Source: Pseudobdellovibrionaceae bacterium
Lineage (GTDB): Bacteria > Bdellovibrionota > Bdellovibrionia > Bdellovibrionales > Bdellovibrionaceae
Assembly (NCBI GenBank): GCA_044359815.1
Contig: JBIKLL010000004.1
Coordinates: 1-64,000, forward strand
Reading direction: 5' to 3'
DNA length: 64,000 nucleotides
In this document: piece by piece, positions 40,154-50,015 of the stretch
Layout of the letters: each line of letters begins with the position of its first letter
Position numbering within the stretch: position 1 is the stretch's first letter
The notes under the pieces: model-generated
Databases searched by the model: none
The model's input: the letters and a program-made list of their open reading frames with translations, nothing else
What the model was told of the DNA's origin: nothing
Made by a program: the position numbers and the translations under genes

Positions 40154-40593
40154 AATTGTTTGCAGATCAGATTTTGTTTGTGCAAATCCATTTTTCCAAT
40201 CCCTTGCATAAAGGTCATCACTGTCATTTTCATGGGTATGGAATTTCTGGGTTCACTAAAATTAGCAACGTTTAAATGCAGATACACTCCGCGGGTCACC
40301 TGCCGGCCTGTATAGAATTTATCGTTTTTAACAGATACTAATAATGTGTCTGAGTTTATTTTCTTGAAGCTGGCAAAATAATCACCCTGAGGGATGGTGA
40401 CAGAATTATTGCCTCTGAAGCTGTTTGAGATGCGCACACGGATGTTAGAGGTCTTGCCAGGAATCAAAGAATAATCTTCGATCAAAAACAGCACTCGTCG
40501 ACCGGTTGAATCATCGCAAGCCATAATGCGTGCAAATGATTCTGTAGTTGATAACAATGCTAGAGCGAAAGTTATAAATATTTTTGCTTTCAT
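40150..40593 (-). CDS. Secreted hypothetical protein
   Basis: Signal peptide; terminal Cys pair. Confidence 0.65.
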   Translation of the reverse strand: MKAKIFITFALALLSTTESFARIMACDDSTGRRVLFLIEDYSLIPGKTSNIRVRISNSFRGNNSVTIPQGDYFASFKKINSDTLLVSVKNDKFYTGRQVTRGVYLHLNVANFSEPRNSIPMKMTVMTFMQGIGKMDLHKQNLICKQF

Positions 40594-40720
40594 GGTTATG
40601 CAGTTTAATGCTTGAAAGATCACAACACAATAGGGCCAAATCATTGGTGAATTGTTGACCGTGCCAGTGACAAAAGTGGGCTGTGTTGTAGCTAGATTGT
40701 ATAAGAATAATTTTTGTCAG

Positions 40721-41584
40721 CTATTCAAGATGAACACGGCCCAGAACATTCACAGAGCATTTGCCAGTGAATGAATGCTTTTTTGCTCTGGAGTCTGGGG
40801 ACTCTGCCAGAAATTTTCTGATTCCCGGGACATTTTCTTGAATCATTTCCTGCATGTTTGATTCGCTGGGCGAATGTGAAACTCCCATTTCAAACAGCAA
40901 CGACCAAATGCCGTGAGCCCAAAAGGCGTAGTCTTCAAAGGTTCCGTCTGCAGCATACAGCACTTCGGTGGAGTTCCCAATCTGGTATTGACTGGCGACC
41001 ACTGCTTTTTTTGATAAATCTATAAACTGTGAATCGTATTCTGTTGAAACATCGTTTGTTGAAATTCCCCAAGGATATAAAACTGCAGGCCAATAGGTAT
41101 GCAGTGTCGCAGAGGAAACAATATTTTTTTGATCAATTAACTGTGCCAGGGCCAAGGTTGCTTTTGATTTAAAGGGACCTTGCGTTCCGCAGGGGCCTGG
41201 ATAGTCGCGATTAGGGTCAATGCTGCGACCATCGATCTGTTCATATCTGAGCGAATTATTATAACCATCGATATTTAAAACCGGGATGACATAGACTGTT
41301 CGATTTGCGATGGGATTTTTAGCAAACTGTTCGGCAGCTCCCATGGCAACAGCTGTTGATCCGTATTCGTTCCCGTGATGGGTTCCCACGACTAAAACAT
41401 TGACGTCACCGTTGCCGATTTTAAGACCCCTGATCGGTCTGCCGAAGTTGTCTGTGCCGATTGTGATCAGTTGTGCATCAGTGGAATATTTTTGCTGAAT
41501 TTCACTCAGAGAATTTAAAATGTAATCGTATTTTGTTTGCTGATTTTGTGGCCACAGCATGAAGGCCAAAATTGTTTCAATCAT
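40721..41584 (-). CDS. M14 zinc carboxypeptidase family protein
   Basis: HHGNE (HxxE), PVLNIDG, DPNRDY, LHTY, LFE. Confidence 0.88.
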   Translation of the reverse strand: MIETILAFMLWPQNQQTKYDYILNSLSEIQQKYSTDAQLITIGTDNFGRPIRGLKIGNGDVNVLVVGTHHGNEYGSTAVAMGAAEQFAKNPIANRTVYVIPVLNIDGYNNSLRYEQIDGRSIDPNRDYPGPCGTQGPFKSKATLALAQLIDQKNIVSSATLHTYWPAVLYPWGISTNDVSTEYDSQFIDLSKKAVVASQYQIGNSTEVLYAADGTFEDYAFWAHGIWSLLFEMGVSHSPSESNMQEMIQENVPGIRKFLAESPDSRAKKHSFTGKCSVNVLGRVHLE

Positions 41585-41699
41585 TTATTTAAAACTAGAT
41601 CACTAAGCATTAATGTCAAAGTCGCTAAATCGGTTGACCCAAATACTGGATCAAGGTCTTAATAGTTACATCCCAACAACATAAACACAGGAGGAATTT

Positions 41700-41960
41700 A
41701 TGAACAAGAAAGCAATGTTTTTAGCAGCTGCAGTGGCAGGCATTATGACGGTGGCTCACGCTGAAGACAAAAAAGCAGCAGCACCAGCCGCAGCAGCTCC
41801 AACAGGGGAATGTTCAGGCATGAATGAATGTAAGGCCAAAGGCCAATGCGGCGGTGGCGGACACAGTTGTGCTGGTAAAAACGAGTGCAAAGGCAAAGGC
41901 TGGGTTACTAAAACTGAAGCTGAATGCAAAGCAGCCAAAGGTAAATGGAAAAAAGGCTAA
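41700..41960 (+). CDS. Bufferin-type (six-Cys, BufA2-like) secreted precursor peptide
   Basis: AGGAGG RBS, signal peptide, C.G.N.CK..G.C....HSCAG.N.CKGKGW...C; directly upstream of DUF692. Confidence 0.85.
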   Translation: MNKKAMFLAAAVAGIMTVAHAEDKKAAAPAAAAPTGECSGMNECKAKGQCGGGGHSCAGKNECKGKGWVTKTEAECKAAKGKWKKG

Positions 41961-42805
41961 TGACATTTAACGGTGGGTTGGGATTACGTCCCACCCATTA
42001 TCCTTATTTAGATTCTCATCGACCCCGTCTGGCAAAATGGTTTGAGGTCATCACCGAAAATTATTTTGAGACTCAGGGGCGACCTCTGACAAAATTACTG
42101 AAATACCGATCTGATTTTCCCATCGCATTACACGGGGTCAGTTTAGGCATTGGCAGTCCGGATCCTGTTAATTATGAATACCTTAAGAAAATTAAATCAC
42201 TGGCTGAAAAGGTAGATCCATTTATTATTTCAGATCACCTGTGCTGGATGCAAATCGGTGGGCAATCCAGTCATGATTTGATGCCAATGATGTACACCAA
42301 GGAAACTTTGCATTCTACAGCCCAGAAAATATTTTTAGTGCAAGATTTTATCAGAAGGCCGTTGGTGCTGGAAAACCCTTCCAGCTATATGCAATTTAAA
42401 GGTAATGATTTTACTGAACCCGAGTTTTTTTCGTTGTTACTGAAACAAACTGGGGCTCAGTGCCTTTTGGATATCAATAATGTCTATGTGTCCTGTGTGA
42501 ATTTTGGCTGGGACCCCATTCAGTATATCAGTCATTTTGAGCCCTCCAAAGTCAGGCAGATTCATCTGGCGGGATTTACAGATATGGGCAGTTATTTATT
42601 TGATACTCATTCAGCAGCGGTTCACAAAGACGTTTGGGATTTGTACCAATCTGTAATTTCAGAATTTCAGTCTGCTGCAGTTATGGTGGAATGGGATGGT
42701 GATATCCCAGAATTTGAAGTCTATGAGCAAGAGCTTGTAAAGGCCCATGATATTTGGAAATCCACAGAAAGAATCCATGAACCATCCTTATCGACAAATT
42801 TATAA
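41960..42805 (+). CDS. DUF692 multinuclear non-heme iron oxidase (MNIO, BufB-like)
   Basis: GLGLR..HY, FEV..ENY, HGVSL.IG, SDHLCW, ENPS.Y, LLDINNVYV, IHLAG, DTH, EWD. Confidence 0.93.
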   Translation: MTFNGGLGLRPTHYPYLDSHRPRLAKWFEVITENYFETQGRPLTKLLKYRSDFPIALHGVSLGIGSPDPVNYEYLKKIKSLAEKVDPFIISDHLCWMQIGGQSSHDLMPMMYTKETLHSTAQKIFLVQDFIRRPLVLENPSSYMQFKGNDFTEPEFFSLLLKQTGAQCLLDINNVYVSCVNFGWDPIQYISHFEPSKVRQIHLAGFTDMGSYLFDTHSAAVHKDVWDLYQSVISEFQSAAVMVEWDGDIPEFEVYEQELVKAHDIWKSTERIHEPSLSTNL

Positions 42806-43484
42806 TTTTATCAGAAATCATTCTGAGCATTTTCCCGAAATTCAAGCCGCGGGAAGCTTGAATGAATTGGAAGCTTTGGATGTGTATCGTAAAGGATATT
42901 TTGCCAGAGTTAACGATGCTTTGATCGAAAATTTTGAAACTATATACAAACTGGCGCAACCAGATAATTTTTATGAAGTTACAAAGGTTTTTGTAAATGA
43001 ACATCCTTCGCAAGAATTTAATATCAGCAAATTGTCAGAGAAATTTATAGAATTTCTGGGTTCATTAGAAATTGCGACTGACTATCCGTTTTTAAATGAT
43101 TTAGCCCATTTAGATTGGCAACGAAGTCGATTGTTTCACATCAAAGATGAAATTGGATTATCCGGTCCTGATGTCCTGGAAGCCATGGAAGCAGGTAAAG
43201 ATTTAACGACAACGGATTCGGTAAGATTTTTTAGAACTCAATACCCCTTAAAAGAAATCCGTGACCAAGTATTTTCTGCACAAGAGCTGAGATTTTCAGT
43301 GGGGGATTATATGATTTTGCTGTTTAAATCAGAAGAACAGGTTTTTATCAGTCAGTTTTCCGGCGGATTTGTGGATGTCATGCAAAATCCTGCCAATGCC
43401 TTTGAAACGGATCTGAACCCTCAGGAAATTTCAGAGTTCTTTAAAATGGTGACTTATTATAAATGTCTGAAATTTCAAAACTAG
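42777..43484 (+). CDS. DUF2063 RiPP-recognition partner protein (BufC-like)
   Basis: LDVYR.GY..R...L..NF, HPS, PFL.DLA.LDW; overlaps the DUF692 stop. Confidence 0.8.
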   Translation: MNHPYRQIYNFIRNHSEHFPEIQAAGSLNELEALDVYRKGYFARVNDALIENFETIYKLAQPDNFYEVTKVFVNEHPSQEFNISKLSEKFIEFLGSLEIATDYPFLNDLAHLDWQRSRLFHIKDEIGLSGPDVLEAMEAGKDLTTTDSVRFFRTQYPLKEIRDQVFSAQELRFSVGDYMILLFKSEEQVFISQFSGGFVDVMQNPANAFETDLNPQEISEFFKMVTYYKCLKFQN

Positions 43485-45391
43485 AATCTATTCAAATGGG
43501 ACCGGACTCGGTGCTGGGGCCTGGTCTGTTAAAACAGCTAAGGCCATCGTTTTTTTACCGAGAAAAAAAATCACCAGAAAGAAATGCAGAATATTTTTTG
43601 CAAAACATAAAAGGCGACGATCTGCAGGAGTTACAGCAGGGATTGCAGTTTTTTATTTTACATCGTGATTGGCAACCATTGCTGTGTGAAAGCGGAATCT
43701 GGAACGAGCCTGGCTTTTTTTCAGAAATCAGCCAAAGGCTGATGTCAAAAGTTCTGCCAAAACCATTGGTAGCCCAGGATGCCACTGCAGTTTTACGGCA
43801 TTTATTAAAATACAATGATGATTGGAAATGGATTGAGGAAATTCCTGATGCCTTGTGGGCAAAGATCTTTTTAAAAATCTGTCCAGATGACCAAAGGCTT
43901 TTGCCTGCAATTAAAAATCATCTGACTAAATCTATTGGTGTGTTGTCTCTCAGATTTGCAGGGGCGGCATTGCAGGGGACACTGGGAGCCAGGATGAGAT
44001 CACTGCCCAATGGTTTTGACAGTGTGATCAGGCAGAGCCAGTTGGCGTTGTCGTTGACAGAGGACGAAAACCAAATCGTCGAGCTTTCAAAGCTTTGGAC
44101 TCTGTGTGAAAGACATCTGCAAACAATTAAACAGCAGTGTGCACAAAAAGGTGTATCACTGAATTTGACTTTTGAGCTGCACAAAGCCCATCAAATCCTG
44201 GTCAGGTCGCGGGCTTTGCTAAAAATCTACGACAGAGGATTAAACGATAAGGATTTATTGCCCGCTGTGCAGATTTTCAAAGACATCACCGAAAATGAAA
44301 GTCTGAAATTTGAGCTCGGCGAGTATTTAAAAACCAATCTTCAAATGATGGCTATGCGAATAACCCAGCATGCCAGCCAAGCGGGTGAACACTACATCAC
44401 GTCAACGTTGCCAGAATTAAAAGAAATGTTTTTTTCTGCATTAAAAGGTGGAGCTATTGTAGCCATTTTGTGTCTGACAAAAATTTGGCTTGGGTATTTG
44501 GATTTAGCACCGCTGTTTGAAGCATTTATTTTTGGATTAACTTATGCCATTGGATTTTTGTGCATTCATTGGATTGATGGAACCTTGGCAACAAAGCAAC
44601 CTGCTGTCACAGCTCCAACCATTGCAGCATCCATTGAGGAATCTAAAAACACAGAAGCTTCAGCCAAAAAGCTTGCGGGAATTTTAGCTAAAACATCAAG
44701 GTCCCAAGTTTTTGCCCTGCTGGGAAATCTGGTAGCCGTGATCCCCATTGCTGGGGTTTTATCACTGATAACTATGTCCTTAAATTTTCCGCTGCTTTCG
44801 GCAGAAAAGGCCGAAGAAATCATCAGATCTAATCACCCCCTCTATTCAGGATCATTTTTGTTTGCGGCATTTGCTGGAGTTTGTTTGTTTTTATCAGGAG
44901 TTTTTTCAGGTTGGGCAACCAATTGGTTTGCATTTAATGATGTGGCCAATCGATTAAGGATTTCTCCGTTGATGCACAGGTTTGTGGATAAAAATAAGAT
45001 CGAATGGTTGGTGGGAAAAATTGAATCCAACATCACTGCGTGGACTGGAAATATTTTTGTGGGCTTTGCCTTGGGCTCAGTCGCAGCTTTAGGACAAATT
45101 ATTGGTCTGGGACTTGATGTCAGACACGTCACGTTGGCAGCTGGCAGTTCAACAATCGCAATGGTCAGATTATCTGATTCCATAGATTGGGATATTTTTC
45201 TGACTCAAGTTTTTTCGGTGTTGAGTTTCGGGATAATCAATCTGGCAGTCAGTTTCGCGTTGGCTCTTGGATTGGCATTTGCTTCAAGAGGGTTAAGATT
45301 GAAACAAATGAAAGAATTATTTAAGGGCTGTTTTAAATTTGCGATCAAAAGACCTCTTGATTTTTTTTGGCCCCCTCGTCAAATGCCTTGA
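43463..45391 (+). CDS. Polytopic membrane protein of the Gcr/'site-specific recombinase' family
   Basis: GFFSE...R, GEHYIT, TLATKQPA.TA, RSQ..A..GN, LDVRHVT, N..VSF.LA. Confidence 0.82.
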   Translation: MSEISKLESIQMGPDSVLGPGLLKQLRPSFFYREKKSPERNAEYFLQNIKGDDLQELQQGLQFFILHRDWQPLLCESGIWNEPGFFSEISQRLMSKVLPKPLVAQDATAVLRHLLKYNDDWKWIEEIPDALWAKIFLKICPDDQRLLPAIKNHLTKSIGVLSLRFAGAALQGTLGARMRSLPNGFDSVIRQSQLALSLTEDENQIVELSKLWTLCERHLQTIKQQCAQKGVSLNLTFELHKAHQILVRSRALLKIYDRGLNDKDLLPAVQIFKDITENESLKFELGEYLKTNLQMMAMRITQHASQAGEHYITSTLPELKEMFFSALKGGAIVAILCLTKIWLGYLDLAPLFEAFIFGLTYAIGFLCIHWIDGTLATKQPAVTAPTIAASIEESKNTEASAKKLAGILAKTSRSQVFALLGNLVAVIPIAGVLSLITMSLNFPLLSAEKAEEIIRSNHPLYSGSFLFAAFAGVCLFLSGVFSGWATNWFAFNDVANRLRISPLMHRFVDKNKIEWLVGKIESNITAWTGNIFVGFALGSVAALGQIIGLGLDVRHVTLAAGSSTIAMVRLSDSIDWDIFLTQVFSVLSFGIINLAVSFALALGLAFASRGLRLKQMKELFKGCFKFAIKRPLDFFWPPRQMP

Positions 45392-45436
45392 CCTAAGATA
45401 ATGCATTTAAAATAATTTTTATTAGAGGGGTTATTG

Positions 45437-45955
45437 ATGAAAAAAATTATTTTTAGTGTTTTGTTTTTTGCAATCTTGGCGGCAATGATAAACGCCATGG
45501 TGCCCAGCGAATATCAAATTTCGAAATCAATGCAAATCAATGCTCCGTCGGACAAAGTATTTCAGTATATTGCTAATTTAAAACATTGGGAGCAGTGGTC
45601 ACCATTAAATCAAAAGGACGGTTCATTAAAAAACACTTATTTGGGACCCACAGATACCATTGGAGCTGTTATGAATTGGACCAGTGAACACAGTGGCCGA
45701 GGTTCATTGATAGTCACAGAGCTTTCGCACAATCAACAGGTCAGTTATTTTCAGAAAGTCATCGATACCGGCGAGGTCGCAAAGGGGCAGCTTAAGCTTA
45801 ACTCTGACGGCGAGCTCACATCAGTAGTGTGGGAAGTTCGTGGGCAAAATACTTTTGTGGGTAAATTTTTGTGGTTGTTTAACAGAATGAGCTCAAAATT
45901 GGATGAGGATTTTGAGCTCGGTCTGATCACATTAAAAAAACTGTCTGAAAATTAG
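45437..45955 (+). CDS. SRPBCC family protein
   Basis: INAP.DKVF.YI..L..W..WSP, DFELGL..LK. Confidence 0.85.
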   Translation: MKKIIFSVLFFAILAAMINAMVPSEYQISKSMQINAPSDKVFQYIANLKHWEQWSPLNQKDGSLKNTYLGPTDTIGAVMNWTSEHSGRGSLIVTELSHNQQVSYFQKVIDTGEVAKGQLKLNSDGELTSVVWEVRGQNTFVGKFLWLFNRMSSKLDEDFELGLITLKKLSEN

Positions 45956-46545
45956 AATTTATAAGTCATGATTGTGTTCATCCCACCTTGCTGAATATTT
46001 TCGGTGGTTGGTGAATTAGCGTTGGTCACTCGGTAGCTGATCAATGAATAGCCCAATGACAAAGCCCATTTCAGAGAAAACGCCAAGTTCATTCCTGCTT
46101 GGTATCCTAACAGTGGTGTGACGGCATCATAATAAGCGTTGCCTCCGATGTAGCCAATGTTAGCTCCAGCAAAAAATGATAATACATTTCCTACACCAGC
46201 AGTTAAATCAATCTGTGGAATGATCAGGGTCAATTGGTCTGAAGATTCTGATTTATTAACAGAGGTCAGTGCGCTGACTCCTGCATTAAATCCCAGTCCC
46301 CATTGATAGGTCCTGTTGTATCCAGCTTTGATTCCACCAAAGGCCAAATGGGAACTGTACCTGGTTACAGACTTGGGTCCGTCAGCCACATGTGTGGAAA
46401 CAGTGTAATCCGTAAAATTAGTGTAAGCAGCACCGACATACATTCCAAATGGATACCGCTGTGACAGGTTCATTCGGCTGCCTTGTTCCTCGGCGTGTGT
46501 GGTCCATCCTATTGTAGTGATTAACAAAAGAATATAAAATTTCAT
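45952..46545 (-). CDS. Outer-membrane beta-barrel protein
   Basis: AGGAGGT RBS, signal peptide, amphipathic strands, terminal YKF. Confidence 0.72.
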   Translation of the reverse strand: MKFYILLLITTIGWTTHAEEQGSRMNLSQRYPFGMYVGAAYTNFTDYTVSTHVADGPKSVTRYSSHLAFGGIKAGYNRTYQWGLGFNAGVSALTSVNKSESSDQLTLIIPQIDLTAGVGNVLSFFAGANIGYIGGNAYYDAVTPLLGYQAGMNLAFSLKWALSLGYSLISYRVTNANSPTTENIQQGGMNTIMTYKF

Positions 46546-46744
46546 ATCACCTCCTGGTAAAAACAAGGATAACTTTTCAAGAGTCCATGAAGTAGCCTAA
46601 TGATAATTTTTAGGGAAATTCAGATCCATTAGCCAGGGATATAAGTCGTGGCTTAATGAGACACCAGTTGTCCCAAATCGAGATTATCAGACAGGTTTTT
46701 GCGAATTTATTGAATGTGTTTCGATTAGCAATTCTAATAATGAT

Positions 46745-47731
46745 ATGAGGTCTGAAATCACTTATGTGCCTATCCAGCTTATGGATTTGCGCGCCAATTC
46801 CATGCTTGAATTCGATTTATATATTCAGTTATCTGATGATTCAAAATTTATCCTGTACAAAAAAGCTGATCAAAATATTGAAAGATCAATGTTGGATCGA
46901 TTTACTAAACATGAGTTTTCCAATTTCTTTGTGTTGGATTCTGAATACGCAAAATACATTCAGTATATTGAAAGAAGTCTGTTGGACAGTATTGGGCAAA
47001 TGGATCCCCTGAACAATATTCCGGCTACCCGCAGATCAGCTAAAGAATTTCTGTCGGCAACTTTTAACAGAGGTCCCTCAAAATACACGCCAAAATTAAT
47101 TGAAAATTTAAACACTGTGGTTGTGACATTCGTAGATATGTTTATAGATTCTGAGCAGATGCAAAAAAACGTTTACAAAAAGTTTATCGAAATATCCAGC
47201 AGAGGCACTGGGTTTCAAAGACATCCTTTAAACGTCTGTACCTATTCTATCATCATTATGATGGGGCTTGGGTATTCGATGAAAAAAGAAATTATCTCGA
47301 TGGCGATGGCATCGCTACTACATGATTTAGGGCTGACTCGATTACCCAGCAGTATGATGCTGGTAAAGCATGACAATCTGGAGGCCATGGATAAGCTAAC
47401 GGCTGAAGCCATAAAATCCCATCCTTATAAGACACTAGAAATTATCAAAGAAACTAAAATAAAACTGTCAGAGATGACAGAAAGTTTGATTTTGCAACAT
47501 CACGAACGGGCTGACGGTAAGGGTTATCCGCGAAGACTGGTCGGCAATATGATTGATGATCTGGCCCAGATTTTAAGATTCGCTGATTTATTAGATGAAG
47601 AAGTCATAGGGCTTCAGCACGATCAAAAAAATATTGGCGAAGGTATAACAGACTTTCTGGATAAAATGAAAACCGATAAATCAATCAAACCTAAGCTGCT
47701 AAATCAGATTTTAGATCTGTTTGTTCGATAG
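46745..47731 (+). CDS. HD-GYP domain protein
   Basis: LLHDLG, HP, QHHERADGKGYP, AD. Confidence 0.88.
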   Translation: MRSEITYVPIQLMDLRANSMLEFDLYIQLSDDSKFILYKKADQNIERSMLDRFTKHEFSNFFVLDSEYAKYIQYIERSLLDSIGQMDPLNNIPATRRSAKEFLSATFNRGPSKYTPKLIENLNTVVVTFVDMFIDSEQMQKNVYKKFIEISSRGTGFQRHPLNVCTYSIIIMMGLGYSMKKEIISMAMASLLHDLGLTRLPSSMMLVKHDNLEAMDKLTAEAIKSHPYKTLEIIKETKIKLSEMTESLILQHHERADGKGYPRRLVGNMIDDLAQILRFADLLDEEVIGLQHDQKNIGEGITDFLDKMKTDKSIKPKLLNQILDLFVR

Positions 47732-47737
47732 TTTCAG

Positions 47738-48079
47738 TTATTTATAAAAGCGCTTTTTTAAATCTTTCTTAAGCCTCAGGAATTGGTATTCCAATAAAGT
47801 ATCAAACACCGTTTCTGTTTCAAGTCCGTAGAGCTTAATCAGCTTCCTGAGCGCATTTAAAGGCACGCCTGAACCGTAGTTTCGCTCCCAATCAGAAATG
47901 CTTTGGGCCGAATTTAATTTTAACAGCGATGCGACCTGACCCTGTGAAAGACCTTTGCTGATACGGCCGTCTTTCAGCAAGCTGCCAATATCACCAAGTT
48001 TATTTTTGGATAAACTTTTTGAGCCAGATTTCCCCAGTGTTTTTTTGCTGTGTAATGTGTGTAGTGATCTTTTGGACAT
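47738..48079 (-). CDS. XRE-family HTH regulator
   Basis: R..KGLSQ.QVA..L.....ISDWER. Confidence 0.85.
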   Translation of the reverse strand: MSKRSLHTLHSKKTLGKSGSKSLSKNKLGDIGSLLKDGRISKGLSQGQVASLLKLNSAQSISDWERNYGSGVPLNALRKLIKLYGLETETVFDTLLEYQFLRLKKDLKKRFYK

Positions 48080-48125
48080 GATTTATATTGACCAGAAATA
48101 GCTATTTTGTGTAACCATTTATGCA

Positions 48126-48884
48126 GTGTTAAAAATTTTATATAAGGCAAAATTAACTTGGGATTCGATAGTGGGCAAAAATGAAAAACTTTTTGCTGCT
48201 AAACTATTTGGCAACAATTTAACTGAAGACGACCTGAGAACCTATCAGAGGCTCTGTGAGCGCGCTTCGCAGATTTTAATGCGATCTGGTAAGCGGGTTT
48301 TACCTTACTCGGACACTCACTTTGAGAGATTGACCAAGCATAGGGATGCGCACAGAGTCATCAAATGCTTGCAGATGTGGGTTGACGTTTTGGAAGAAGC
48401 GGAAATTGACAATGAATCACTGCATGATACCAAAAAATTGGTTTGGAGATTTCTGCAAAAGCTTCAGATCACTCCTTCTGCAGATATGATGGATGCTCTA
48501 GAGCAAAACGATATCATAGAAATTTACACATCAGACAATTGGCAGGTATTCAGAAGCTTAGGCTTTTTTGATTTTGTAATTGCCACTGTTGATGAGATCG
48601 CGACCTTTGTTTGGAATAGGGATTCAAAAAGGGATTCTGAAATTTCATTTGAAGCATTGAAAATGGTTTTTTTGGTAAAGTCGGGTTTGCTTAAAGGAAC
48701 CTTTAAAATTTCTGACAGTTTGCCCACACATTTGGTTACTTGCAGCCTGTCTCGGATTAAGCAGGTGATAAAAGTGAAACTAAAAATGGCTTCAGTATTG
48801 AGATCTAAGGACAACCAAAAGTTTTTTCTGTTAACCAACAAAACAGAATGGGTTACTAAAGAACCCATTCTGAATCATCATTAA
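48126..48884 (+). CDS. Hypothetical protein
   Basis: 252-aa ORF divergent from the HTH gene; DIIEIY...QVFRS..FF. Confidence 0.65.
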   Translation: MLKILYKAKLTWDSIVGKNEKLFAAKLFGNNLTEDDLRTYQRLCERASQILMRSGKRVLPYSDTHFERLTKHRDAHRVIKCLQMWVDVLEEAEIDNESLHDTKKLVWRFLQKLQITPSADMMDALEQNDIIEIYTSDNWQVFRSLGFFDFVIATVDEIATFVWNRDSKRDSEISFEALKMVFLVKSGLLKGTFKISDSLPTHLVTCSLSRIKQVIKVKLKMASVLRSKDNQKFFLLTNKTEWVTKEPILNHH

Positions 48885-49157
48885 CAATTTTTAAAATCAT
48901 TTGTTCCCGCTGGCACGGTCGAAAGATTTTGCTGTCATCGACTATCAGTACTCTTTTCATAAAGAAACCCTCCTGATTGATCTCAGTATGCACAACGGGT
49001 TCGACGTCAGAGTGTTGGTTTGATTGAGAAAACGCAATAAAACTGTCTCAAAATGAGTTTTTGAATCATAATAAGAAAATTTTTGGTCCACCGTGGGTCC
49101 AGTTCTGCTTGATCCAAAAACGGGGCGCAAATACCATAAATTAAACCACAAAGGAGA

Positions 49158-49634
49158 ATGAAAATGATAAAAGGAATTATCGCAGCTATTTTTATGTTTG
49201 GATCGCAAGCCATGGCCAACGAATCATGGGACATGATCGAAGAGGTGTTTAAAAGAGAATCAATCCGTGATCCCCAGGTTCTGATCAAAATCCCTGCGCA
49301 AAATTATAATTGCGAGTTATTGACTAAAAATGCCAGCCTGTCAGTGACCACCGCTGTGGCGAATAAATCTTTTGGTAAAATTAAAGATTTCAGAATAAAA
49401 AATTCAGAAGGCATCTTGTTCAGAGGCGAAATGATCGCTGATAACACTCGTGATAACAACAATTTGTTTGATGGCCTGGTCGGAGAATACAAAACAGCCG
49501 GAGAAGAATTAGATGGCGTTTTGAGAGGTGTATTTGAGGGTAAAAACTATTTAGGTTTTGTTGTAAGGCTTAAAACCCAAGGTGTGTTTGGCTTTGCAAA
49601 ATATTATCTAGCCTGCGAAAAAGCCAGTCAGTAA
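49158..49634 (+). CDS. Secreted hypothetical protein
   Basis: AAAGGAG RBS, signal peptide, Cys pair. Confidence 0.75.
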   Translation: MKMIKGIIAAIFMFGSQAMANESWDMIEEVFKRESIRDPQVLIKIPAQNYNCELLTKNASLSVTTAVANKSFGKIKDFRIKNSEGILFRGEMIADNTRDNNNLFDGLVGEYKTAGEELDGVLRGVFEGKNYLGFVVRLKTQGVFGFAKYYLACEKASQ

Positions 49635-49817
49635 AAAAAAACGGGCGGATGAACCGCCCGTTTAAACCTTATTGGCAGATTTGGTTTACTGCCTTAATAA
49701 CTTATCCATTTTCGAAAAATTCGAAAGATGGTTAAGAGGCAATCACCTCCTCTGCCTTGGTTATGTGTTCATTATTCATATCCAAGCACCACCCCCTTTC
49801 ATGCCGTAAGAACGGCT
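49633..49817 (-). ncRNA. Candidate structured small RNA (~185 nt)
   Basis: Minus-strand TTGAAC-N18-(TGc)TATTAT promoter at 49853-49824, several hairpins, terminator AAACGGGCGG/CCGCCCGTTT followed by a U-run on the minus strand; no long ORF. Confidence 0.55.
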
Positions 49818-50015
49818 AATTTCATAATAGCATTTTGCATTGATACAGTTCAAAAAAATTTTAAAAAACTTCTGTGGCAGTGCAAAAGTCTGATGGCCGG
49901 CGGCGAAAATCAGCTAAAGCATTATGGTCATTGGCAATTTGCATAAATGATTTCTAGAGACCAGTTGAGCTGAGCCGAAGTTGACCCTGTCAACTAAGGC
50001 ACTTATTGTTTTACC

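Noticed and set aside
43463..45391. This protein as the recombinase mobilising the palindromic elements
   Set aside because: Despite the family name it is a polytopic membrane protein with no tyrosine, serine or HUH catalytic motifs visible
49633..49817. 6S RNA or a 16S rRNA fragment
   Set aside because: Local hairpins rather than a clear 6S rod with central bubble; similarity to 16S is limited to the 10-nt ATCACCTCCT
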